In this document: positions 51,457-64,000 of the stretch, in pieces
Position numbering within the stretch: the first letter of the stretch is position 1
How the letters are laid out: each line of letters opens with the position of its first letter
DNA from: Neocallimastix sp. 'constans'
Lineage: Eukaryota
Reading direction: 5' to 3'
Length of the DNA: 64,000 nucleotides
Assembly (NCBI GenBank): GCA_050613775.1
Contig: JBODTK010000010.1
Location: 1,116,001 to 1,180,000, forward strand
The notes under the pieces: generated by a model
Seen by the model: the letters and a program-made list of their open reading frames with translations, nothing else
What the model was told of the DNA's origin: nothing
The model's database searches: none
Program-made: the position numbers and the translations under genes

Positions 51457-53853
51457 TATAAGTATAAAATAAAATAAAATATATAAATACAGATTATATA
51501 AAATAACATAAAATTAAATAGTAGACTATGAATATAAAGTACAGATTAAATAAAATAAAATAAAATAAAATAAAATTATTCATTTTGCACTTCAAAATAA
51601 AATAAATTAAATATTTTAATACTAATTACAATTGACAATTGAAGTATTATTAAAAGGATGAAGTAGAAAAAAATGAATAATTAAAAAATTTATTAATATT
51701 ATGTTTTTTTTAATATTATATTTATTATTATTATGTATTCTACACTTCAGCCAAAATAAGTAATTTTATATATATTATAATATATGGATCAATACTTTTC
51801 TTTTTAGTGGATTCTATTATTAAGTGTTTCTTTATTTTTATTTTTATAATATATGAAGTATATTAGATAATATATTATTTATTTCCACTTTTCATATGAT
51901 AATTTAATAATTAATTCTATAATAACAATAAAAACTGAATATTAATAAATAATAAATAATATATAATAAATAAATAATAAATAAATAATAAATAAATAAA
52001 TAATAAATAATAAATAAATAATAAATAAATAATAAATAAATAATGAATAAATAATAAATAAATAATAAATGATAAATAATAAATAAATAATAAATAAATA
52101 ATAAATAAATAATAAATAATAAATAAATAATGAATAATAAATAAATAATAAATAATTGAATAATAAATAAATAATTGAATAATTGAATAATAAAAAAAAG
52201 TATTTATTAATAAATAATTATAACAAATAAATAATAACTAATTACTAAATAATATATACATAAATTATTGTTTTGATTTTATAATTAATAAAGTTTATAA
52301 TCTGGTTTGGAAATATATCATTTTATATATTTATACTATTAATATTTTTATATATATTAAAATATATAGTAATAAATACAATAATATAAATATATGCATT
52401 AATTATTTTATTATTACATTATTAATATTTTATTTACATTATAATTATTTCCAACATACAAATACATTAAATTACATTGTTAAAATTCATTTATTATTTT
52501 AATATTATAATTGATTACAAAATAAAAAAAAAGAATGATAAAGAGCTTGTAATTAATGTATCATCAATATAAATTATATATTAATGTAGTTTTATTTATA
52601 TTTATTTTTACTAATATTAATATCAATTTGTAAAAGTTGATTATTCTATTTAATACTTTTATTAATTATTTCATTTCATTTCATAATAATTATATAATTA
52701 TTAATTATTATTTTCATTATATATATTAATGAATTATACATATATAGAAAAAAAAAAAAAAAAAAAAACATTTAAATAGTAAATTTTAATTTAAATTAAA
52801 TTATTATATGTAATTTATTTTAATTAGTTTTTATTTTATTTTATTAATCTAATCGTCTTAATTTAAATACAAAATATATCATACTACTATAAATAATTTT
52901 ATTTTGTATTTTTATAAATAAAAATTTTTATTTATTTATTCATAAAAAGTAAAGAAAAGCTAATACTATTCATCTAATTTTTTTTATAGCAAAAAAGATT
53001 ATTTTGAATAAATAAAAAAGAAATAATTTTTTATTTTTAGAAATTAAAATAAAAAAGGGAAAATAATATTCCATAGGTAATAATTATTTAATGTTAAAAG
53101 GATAAAATTTAATATAAAAATTTTGTTTATTTTTATTATGAAATCATTATAAAAAGTAAACAAATAAATATATTATATTACTGTTTTCTGTTATATATAT
53201 AAAACAAGAATTCTTACAAATCGAAATAAATAAATAAATGAAAAATGAAAATAAAGTAAATTTAGAAAAATAAATAAATAAATATACATATACCAATTAT
53301 GATTGAACAATGAATAATCAAGCAAGTAAATAAATAGAATATAATAAAAAATTATAATAGAAGCTTAAAATAATAATAAAGTAAACAGAAAATAAAGAAA
53401 AATAGATTTCACAGTATATGTAAATAAATAAAGAAAATGAATTAAACATTTTTTTGAAATCGAAGAAAAATAATAATAAAGAAAATCAATATTAAAATAA
53501 ATAAAACAATTTAAAAATACTAAAAATGTACAATAAATGTGAATATTGATTATTGAGAAGCAAAAATATAATATTAAAAAACATGAAATTTTTAAAAAAA
53601 TAAACTTTTTACCATATAAAACAAATACATATGTTGTTGTAAAAAATATTATTAATTGTTTTAAAAATATTTATCGAAACAATAATAAATAGAATATATT
53701 ATATTGATATAAACTGAAAATTTATATATAAATAAAGATAAATTTTGAATGAATATATATTATTAATAAAGATCATCATATTATTTTATTTACATTTTAA
53801 ATTATTAATAAAAAAATACTTATATATATATATTTTCTGTAATTATAGAAAAA

Positions 53854-55102
<1,249 letters not shown>

Positions 55103-55949
55103 ATGAAGTTTATCATTAATGTAAAAATTAACAAAAATAAAAAAGCTTATCTTTTAAAATTACATTATAACCTCTTAATAGAATTAAGAATTAATTAATT
55201 TTAATAATTTTTATAAACCCTTAAATTTATTAAAAAAAAAAAAAAAAAAAAAAAAAACTTGTAAAAATTTGCAACTAATAAATATATAAATTAAATAACA
55301 AAAAAAATTAACATTTTTTATTAAAGAAAAGTTAAGAAATAACTAATTTTTTTTTAATAAATAAAAAGTTTATAAATACATAAAAGTTGTATTATTTATT
55401 TTTTTTTTTTTTTTTTTTTACATTTATCATTAAAATTAACCTATTTACAAAACGATTAAATATAGTATATATATAAATATACGATAAAGAAATAATGTCT
55501 TTTTTCTATTCATGATTATATATATTATTATAAATTTATATACCTTTTTATACCTCCTTTTTATATATAATATAATGGGTTAAAAATTCATATATTTTTA
55601 TTCTTATTTTCTAGTAATTAGTAATATTATTAGGAATATTTAATTAATTATTATCATAATATAATTTATATTTATATTATTATTTGATAATGATGTCCTT
55701 AACATAAAATAAAACTATATATATAAATTGTATTGGTTTATTGTTATATTCAATTTTACTAATATTATAGTAATAATTATTTTTTTATTCAAATTTTATA
55801 TATGTTATAATGATTTTAATGTAAAAATAAATAAATAAATAAATAATACGAAATATTAAAAATAAAAAAAATAAAAATAAAATAAAATAAAATAATAATA
55901 TAAAATAAGTAATAATATTTTTAAAATTATATATTTTTTCTTTTTAATG

Positions 55950-57423
55950 AAAACAACTATACTTATCTTGATATTCCTTTTGATGAATCTTTATCACTGA
56001 AACCTATACAATCCAAATTAAACAGTAATTTAAATGTCAAATTCGTACGTTCGATTTATTATTAATAAATCTATTCCTCTACCATTGAAGAAATATGTTT
56101 TAATTTCCTTTATTCTTAGTCTTGTTATATATTATGCTCCTCTCTCTTTGGTTCAAATAAGAACAGATATTCTAAAGCTCAAAAAATTATAAATAGAGGA
56201 CTTTACTGGAGTTATGGATTTAAATTTCGTAATTCTTATGTTAGTCTCTATGATATTACTTGTGAATTGAGAATACCTCCTCTTTCAGCTGTCTGTGCTA
56301 TATCTCAATTACACTGCTTTAGAAAATGGAAAAACTCATCTTGTATTATTAATCATCTCACTAATATTATTCCTACTATGTCACATTACTCATGGACTAA
56401 AGAATCAAAGACTTTGGATAAGAAATTAAATAGTAAAAAAACAAGTGAAATAAAAAAAGTTTTATTGGGAAAGAGATGTCTTCAAACCCTCAAAAGCTAA
56501 AAAAGCAATTATTTACAAGGAGAATGATTTTGGATTTATTTCAGAAATCAAAAACTTAACATTTCAATATCCTAAATATCCGTTGGGATTCTTTTGGATT
56601 TCTCGAATTAGGTGTGATTTTAAATATGACATTAGTATTTCCATTAAAAGAAAAATCGTCTCAGAAGATTGCCCTAAATGTTGTCTATGTTATGGTGTTA
56701 GTGTACCTAGGTTTTCTCATTGACTGTAAAGAATTGGAAAATAACAGAAATAAATCTTTTACCTTTTCTGGATGATCTCTTTTTGAAGTTTGCAAATGAT
56801 AATTGATCAAAAATCCATGGATGTTTCTTTTAGATTCAGAAAAGGATTATGATAATAATATTTATTATTTTGTATTGAGTGCTCTTCTTGGCGGGCGTTC
56901 AATATATGAAAAAATTAAAGTTTATGTTGTGGAATAAAAGACAATTAGTTTACAATATTTTTAAACAAAGTTCAACTTCATCGTCGACTGTTCTGTATTT
57001 TGTGGGGGATTGTGGAGTTTTTAACAAATGTAATACCATTAATTTGTCAATCTTTTAGATTGATGATGAAAAGGTATTCCGTTGAATCTATTGAATCTAC
57101 CGTTGCTAAGAGCTTCGACGTCTAAATGATAAGGCATGGATTTTTACGTCCTGGTGAAAGATCTGATATAGATTCGGTTGATAACACTAATATTGAAATT
57201 AATACATGCAATAATGGACACGATGTTATCATCGATGAATGGGAAAAGTTAGAGGCTATTGCTTCTAACTCACTTTCATAATTATATAATATATAATATT
57301 TTATTTTATGTATTTTATTTTTTTCATTTTATTTTTTTTTCATTTAAATAATGTAATTTTATTATTATTATAAATTAAATAAAGTTATTCTCTTAGTCTA
57401 AAAAAAAAAAAAAAAAAAAAAAA
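55950..57423 (+). pseudogene. LINE C: decayed 5'-truncated LINE of the same family as LINE A
   Basis: NYTYLDIPFD, IPPLSAVCA, YSWTKES, YPLGFFWISRIRC, CPKCC; many stops and frameshifts; 3' end AATAAAGTTATTCTCTTAGTCT(A)n matches the LINE A 3' end. Confidence 0.88.
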
Positions 57424-57502
57424 TATGTATATATATATATATATATAAATACATTACTAGGTTTTGCTTTTTATTTCTTCTTTATATCTTGTACTGATAC
57501 TG

Positions 57503-57541
<39 letters not shown>

Positions 57542-57693
57542 TTTATTTTTCTATTATTATTACTATTAAATAATTAAATAAATAAAAAAAAAATATATAT
57601 ATATATATAAATAAAGGATAAATAAAGTATATTATGTATATAAGTAAAAGCATTTCAAAATATTATTATACATATTATTGAAAAAATAAAAAA

Positions 57694-57765
57694 TGGAGAG
57701 TGAGTGATTCGAACACCCAACCTTCCGCTCTGGAGGCGGACGCGCTACCGTTGCGCCAACCCTCC
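57694..57765 (-). tRNA. trnW: tRNA-Trp (CCA), intronless
   Basis: GGAGGGTTGGCGCAACGGTAGCGCGTCCGCCTCCAGAGCGGAAGGTTGGGTGTTCGAATCACTCACTCTCCA folds as a cloverleaf; anticodon arm TCCGC-CTCCAGA-GCGGA; TTCGAAT T-loop; T-run downstream. Confidence 0.96.
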
Positions 57766-59404
57766 CTCATTGAATTTTGTGGAAGAAACTATAATTAATT
57801 GTTAATTGCACAATTATTTTTTTTGATTTTGTTAAGATAATAATTGAATTTCCATTTAATTCAATTTCAATTTCAATTTCGATAATTCAGTTATTTGAAT
57901 TTCAATATTAATAAATAATAATAATATAATAATTATTATTAAATTAACTTTATTAAAATATTTAGGAATTAGTCTAGGCCAACTAATTACTAAATATTAT
58001 TAACATATTGAATTTAATATATATTAAATAATGTAAACACGTGATTGTCATATTAAATTAATTTCTACATATTATATTTTAATTATAAATTATAATATTT
58101 AGCAATATTTGATTCTTATATTTTATTTATATTAAATATTTATATTATTATCTAACTTTATATTATCAATATCAAACTTATATTAATATTATTTACATAT
58201 TCATATTAATAATTAATATTTTAATAATTAATTATTTTATATAAATACATGTTTAAATTCTTTTGATTAATCCTTTGTAGGATTATTGTAATTTAAATTA
58301 TAGTAATAATTATATAAAATAATAATGTAATAAAATATTATTAATATTGAATAAAACTTATATTTTAAATAAAAAACTTATTTATAAAATTCACTAATAA
58401 TAATATGTTTTAAATAAGAGTATAATTAAATTATTAATTAATTACTATAATTTGGCATCTTGACCTAATCGTTAAGACCAAATTATCTAAAAACTTTAAC
58501 AGATTTTGTTAAGATTTTGATATAATTTATAGTTTAAATTTAAATAAAATAATATGGTTTATTAAAAAATATTCACTAAGTCGATATGTCTATATAGTAA
58601 TATACTATATAGATATATAATAAAAATAATAAATATTTAAATGTTTAGTTTAATAAAAATTTATTTATAATAAACTTTGATAATTAGAATTATCAAATTA
58701 ATTTAATTTTAAATTTGTTAATTTTATTTAATAATAAAATATCTATAATATATTACTATTAAGGTAATTTTACAATAACCTTACAAAGAACATAAAAGAT
58801 AGATTTTTACATCTTTTTTTTTTTATACTTTGTAAGTTACATAATAATAATATTTAATTATAAGATAGTAATAATATAGTAATATAAATACTAATAAAAA
58901 TATAAGGATAAATTTAATTATATAATTAATTTGTATAATTGAATTTAATATAGATATGTTGTAAACATATATAAAAACATAATATAAATAAAATACACGT
59001 GACGTCAAATGTATCATTGAAATTAATTATTAATATAAACCTTATTTATTAATATTCTCAGAATTATTAGGCCTAAGATAACCCTTTAAATATTAAACAA
59101 GAATTTATATTAATTATTAATTATTTAAATATATATATTATTTATAATTAAATAAATAATATTTTTAATTATTGAAATGTAAATAACTGAAATTGAGATT
59201 TCAATTCAGTTATAATTTCAACATTGATTTGTCACCAATACTAGTGGATTCAAGGTTAAAATTCACTATAAGATCAATTGAAATTTAATTTCGTTATTGA
59301 CAAAAATTATTTTAATTCGATTTTAACTATAAAAATAAATATTAGAAACATTAAATAATTAGAAACCAAAGAGTTTGGACTCATTTATTAAAGATAATTG
59401 AATC

Positions 59405-59683
59405 TAATGCGTTTCGCAATCGTGCATTTCGTAATGTGGCTTGTTTTTAATAATTAAATAAATAATAAATATTCTTTTCTTATTTATATAATTTATTAAT
59501 ATTAAATTGTAAAAATAATTTTTTATAATTCTTTTTGAGTAGAATATATTATTATTTCTTTTAAAATAATAATTATTTATATATTTATTTATGATTGTAT
59601 AGAATATCTTAAAAATATATGCCTTTTTTTTAAAAATATTATACGCCACATTGTGAAATTCACAATAGCGAAATGCCAAGTCC
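59405..59683. mobile_element. Decayed Mutator-like MITE
   Basis: GCGTTTCGCAATCGTGCATTTCGTAATGTGGC versus GCCACATTGTGAAATTCACAATAGCGAAATGC inverted ends, the same motif family as the other MITEs; no clear TSD. Confidence 0.55.
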
Positions 59684-60896
59684 TTAAGAAATTGATAAAA
59701 ATAATCAGATGAAAAAATAACGATAACTTGACATGAAATGGAAATATTACATCGATATTCCCGCTAAAATTATATTCATTGGAAAGCTACGACTGAGAAC
59801 TATAACATATGTTAATTTCATCCCTATTGGACCACTAGGAGATGAAATATTGAACTTTAAAAGAAATTTAAATATAAAAATAATCTAATTATTTTTTTTT
59901 AAATAAGACCCTAAATATTTATTATTAATTTATATAGATAAAAAAATCTTTAACTTGAATTTGTATTACTAATATTTTTATAAACAAGTATTAATAATTT
60001 AAAAAATATAGAATTAGTAATTAGTAATAGTTTTTCTAAAAGATTCTAAGAAATTCTTTATAATTCAAAAAATTTCCAAAAGATTCTTAACAATATTATT
60101 TTATTATTATATTTTATATAGTTTATACATATATGAATATATTAAGATTAAAATGTATTATTTAATTATATTGTTAATTATTATTTTAGTTTAATATAAA
60201 AAGGAATTGAAATTTCATCCTTTAAAATCTTTGCAAGATTATTAACCCATCAACCTAATAACCTATTAACATAACGTTAATATTAATTATAACAATAATA
60301 ATTCTTAATATTAATCATAGTAAAATTTATCATTAAAATATATTTAATAAATTTCTAATAAAACATAAATCTTAAAGATTGAATTCTTAATTATAAAAAA
60401 ATTGTGTGTGTCAATAATTATTTAATTTTAATTAATTGTTGTAATTAATACAAAAAACATCTTGACCTGACCAATTTAATCCAAATTTGAGAATCTTTAC
60501 GCAACTTAACCCGTAATTTCTCTTAAAAACCAAACCACAAAACATTTAACATGATACAATACTTATATATAATATAGAAATAACAGGAAACAAATAATTT
60601 ATAATAATAGATAAATAATTTAATATATTATCAATTCTTTGTATTAATTTCAATAAAATAAAATTTATTATTATTAAAATATTAAATAAAAGACTTTAAT
60701 AAAAACTTAATAATTTTTAATTATTGAATTTCTTAATTAACTTTTGAAATTTTGTGTGTGATAATTATTTTAATTTTTAATTAATTGTTATAATCTGACC
60801 AATATAGCCTCAAATCATATCAAAAACTTTAACATGGTTTGTTGAATGTAAAACTGAATTGAAATCTCAATTTCAGTTATTTACATATTCAATAAT

Positions 60897-61471
60897 ACAA
60901 CTTCTACAAAATTTTCAATTTGAACCAAGATTCTATCCTGGTTGTTAGTCCGTCCGTAGGCTAACCTACATAAGGTTCCTGATTCGAACCAGCCCTGTGA
61001 CCATTTTCCTGGTTTTCCTCACAAGAAGTTTTTACGGAATAAGGTGGTTAGAGTTACAGGTAAGTTATCTCCCCACTTCTATGTATATAATATTATTAGA
61101 ATAGATACTGAATTATTTGAGAGGGTAAAGTACATGATTTCATATGCCCATGTAGATATATTCTACTAAATTGCAACCCTTCTGATAATTTATGTAATTG
61201 CTAGGGAGCTTGGGTTAGGATTAGGGTTATACTGGCTTCACTTCAAGGAAGTGTTAGGAGAAGCAATACCTGTAAAATACTCAGCAATAATATGCATGTC
61301 ATAGCGCCAATACTGAGACACTCGGTAAGGTCGTTCAGTAGGGACAATTCTTCCTTTATAAAAAAAAAGGAAGTGTGTGACTACCTCAATATTTTCTACT
61401 GCTTCTGAGGGGGGAGGCTGAAATCAAGGGTAGTACATACTGGAAATAATAATAAAAAAAAAAAAAAAAAA
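60897..61471 (+). mobile_element. ~575-bp SINE-like retroposon
   Basis: 15-bp TSD TACATATTCAATAAT (60882-60896, 61472-61486); (AAT)n + poly(A) tail; B-box-like GATTCGAACC at 60981; GC-richer, no ORF in the track. Confidence 0.85.
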
Positions 61472-62246
61472 TACATATTCAATAATTAATATTATTATTT
61501 ATTTAATAATAAATAAATAATATATATATTTTAATAATTATTAATTAATTTTTGTTAAACTCTTCATCTAATATTTAAAGAAATGACTTTGGCCAAAGTT
61601 ATTCTGAGAATATTAATACATTAAGATTTATATTAATAACTAGTTTTAAATTATTTATACATGACATCACGGATATTTATTTATATTATACTTAATTATG
61701 CATGCATACAACATGAATATATATTAATTTACTATTTTTCAATTATATAATTATTTATATAGTTATAAATTAAATTCAGTAGTTATATAATATAAAATAT
61801 TTTAAAAAAAAAAATATCAGATATTATTATTATCATTATTATCATTATTTATAATTATTTTATTAATATTTATATTATTGTTAATTGTTATCTTAAAAAT
61901 TAAATATTATTATTAAGTTAATTTAGGCAAAGAATGAAAAAAGAGAGAGGTATGCATCTATCTTTTTATGTTCTTTTGATGTTCCTTGAAAGGCTAGTGA
62001 TAAATTACCAATTACCACCTTAATAGTAATTGGTAATTTTATAAATATTTTTATTATTAAAAAAAAAAATAAATTTATTTTAAATCAAACGAATTGAAAA
62101 ACTTTAATTATTAAAGTTATGATATAATAAATATAGTATAAGATAAGATAAGAAAAATTATTTATTTAACAAAAATAAAGAGTAATGAATTTATTATTAA
62201 TAAAACACCAGCGGCTGAAATAATACAAGTTTTATTAGAGTTTTTT

Positions 62247-62279
<33 letters not shown>

Positions 62280-62330
62280 GAATTTCATTTGCTTTAGCAT
62301 TTTTTTTATTTAATTCTTCAGTAGTATTGT

Positions 62331-62842
62331 ATTAAATCAATAGTATTAATCCCAAATTAAGATTAAATATTGAGTATGATTGAAAGAACAAAATATAATG
62401 AAGTAGTAAATTATTATTAATTAAGGAATTAAGGAATGTAATAACAATAAGAAATACATCTTTTTTTTTTTTTTTTTAAGTATCAAATCAAATTATTTAA
62501 ATATTTTAATCGTTTATTGTATATTACTATATTAACGTATCAACTTAGTAAACTTTTTAGTAAACCTTTTTATTAAAACGTATTAAAACTTTCTTTTATG
62601 ATTTCAGTTTTTTTTTTTTTTATTGTTTTTTTTTTTTTTTTTATTTTAATTTTTAATTTTTTTTTTTCTTAATCATAATTTGTTATAATAAACTTAGTAA
62701 ATAATACTGATTAGAACAAATATTAATGATTAATAATTTAATGATAATTAATTTTTTTAATTAAATAACTTCATTTATATCTTGTTCTTTCAATCATACT
62801 CAATATTTTATCTTAATTTGGGATTAATACTATCGATTTTAT
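62331..62842. mobile_element. MITE-like foldback with ~80-bp inverted arms
   Basis: TAGTATTAATCCCAAATTAAGATTAAATATTGAGTATGATTGAAAGAACAA (62341-62391) is mirrored at ~62782-62833. Confidence 0.7.
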
Positions 62843-63236
62843 TTATTAATTATTAAATATTTTTATTCATATATCATTCAAATTTAATACTCAAATACTC
62901 ATTTACATGATTGTTTTATATTTCTCTATTTTTTAATTTTAATTCATTATATTATTATTATTATTATATATTTTTTATTATTTAAATTTATTAAATATTA
63001 TATATTATGAATTATTATTATTTCATATACTTTCTTAATAATTAATTTTTATTTTATTTTATTTTTGTATATATCTTTATTTTAGATTAATACCTTTTAT
63101 TTTAATTAATTTTATTATTATTTCTTCATTTTATCCATAGATTTAGTTATCATTAAAATTTTTCTTTTTTTTTTTTTTTTAAAGGCTTTGTTTTATCGTA
63201 AAAATTGTTTATAAATTATATTAGATAAAATTTCAA

Positions 63237-63358
63237 AATTGTTTTCTAATTTTCAAAAAAAAAAAAGAAAAAAAAATTGTTTTCTAATTTTCAAAAAAAA
63301 AAAAAGAAAAAAAAATTGTTTTCTAATTTTCAAAAAAAAAAAAGAAAAAAAAAAATTG
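63237..63358. repeat. 39-bp tandem repeat x3
   Basis: AATTGTTTTCTAATTTTC(A)nG(A)n repeated three times. Confidence 0.8.
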
Positions 63359-63781
63359 AAAACTAATTTATATTTTCAACGTTTATTAATTTTTTTTTTG
63401 TTTAAAACAAAAAAGAAATTAATAATAATTATGTATGAAATTTGCTTTGTTTTGAAAGAAATAAATAAAAATATATATATATTCATAATATAATATTAAA
63501 CTAATTGTATGCTATATTCACTCATTCAATACATAATAATACATATTCATAATTTAATTAGTTTAATATATTTTATTTGAATATTTTCAACTAATTATTA
63601 TAATATACACTTATACACTTATTCCATTAGTACCATATTAGTCCTTCATTTAATTATATATATATATATTATTTTTTATAATAAAATTTTAAACAATTAC
63701 TTCTGTTTTGTTATTGTTCTTAAATGACAACTTCCTATATTAATAAAGATAAATCATTTTAAAATAACTTAAATATAGATT

Positions 63782-63840
<59 letters not shown>

Positions 63841-64000
63841 TCAAATATTAATACAAAATAAATCCCTTTTAGCAATATAAATTTTTAAGTGAGATATGTT
63901 ATGATATTCTGAGATAAAAAAAAAAATAAAATTAATTAATTGGTATTCCAAAAAAAAAAAAAAAGTTTTTTAATACAATATAATGAATTTATTTTATTCT

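Larger units (their letters stand above)
57860..62130. repeat. Three diverged copies of an ~550-bp AT-rich repeat: + (57860-58400), - (58660-59225), + (60845-62130, interrupted by a SINE)
   Basis: Shared ordered anchors TTCAGTTATTT, (T)AGGCC/TGGCC, CACG(T/G), TCTTTG..AGG.TA.TG; AACTGAATTGAAATCTCAATTTCAGTTATTTACAT at 60852 is the exact reverse complement of ~59177-59211. Confidence 0.7.

Noticed and set aside
60930..61005. Functional tRNA (including tRNA-Sec) in the SINE head
   Set aside because: No complete cloverleaf or acceptor stem; only a B-box-like motif

Overview
Extremely AT-rich, intron-containing eukaryotic DNA. The gene content (scaffoldin-like Cys-rich protein, CBM18 repeats, expanded ankyrin family, long homopolymer/microsatellite tracts) points to an anaerobic gut fungus (Neocallimastigomycota); this assignment is an inference. 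Host genes built by hand with GT-AG introns are: a 12-exon secreted LRR + 3xCBM18 gene with one LRR per symmetric exon, a multi-TM class-3 (Atg15-like) lipase, a Cys-rich single-pass membrane gene frameshifted by an 8-bp duplication, a 4-exon secreted alpha/beta-hydrolase, a scaffoldin-like protein with a missed first exon, an ankyrin protein, Rab8/Sec4 and tRNA-Trp(CCA). Mobile DNA is abundant. It includes a LINE nested in another LINE with both TSDs intact, two more decayed LINEs, a young intact Ty1/Copia element whose PBS matches the anticodon arm of tRNA-Lys(CUU), two poly(A) retroposons with TSDs, Mutator-like MITEs including a possible Pack-MULE, several foldback structures and compound satellites.
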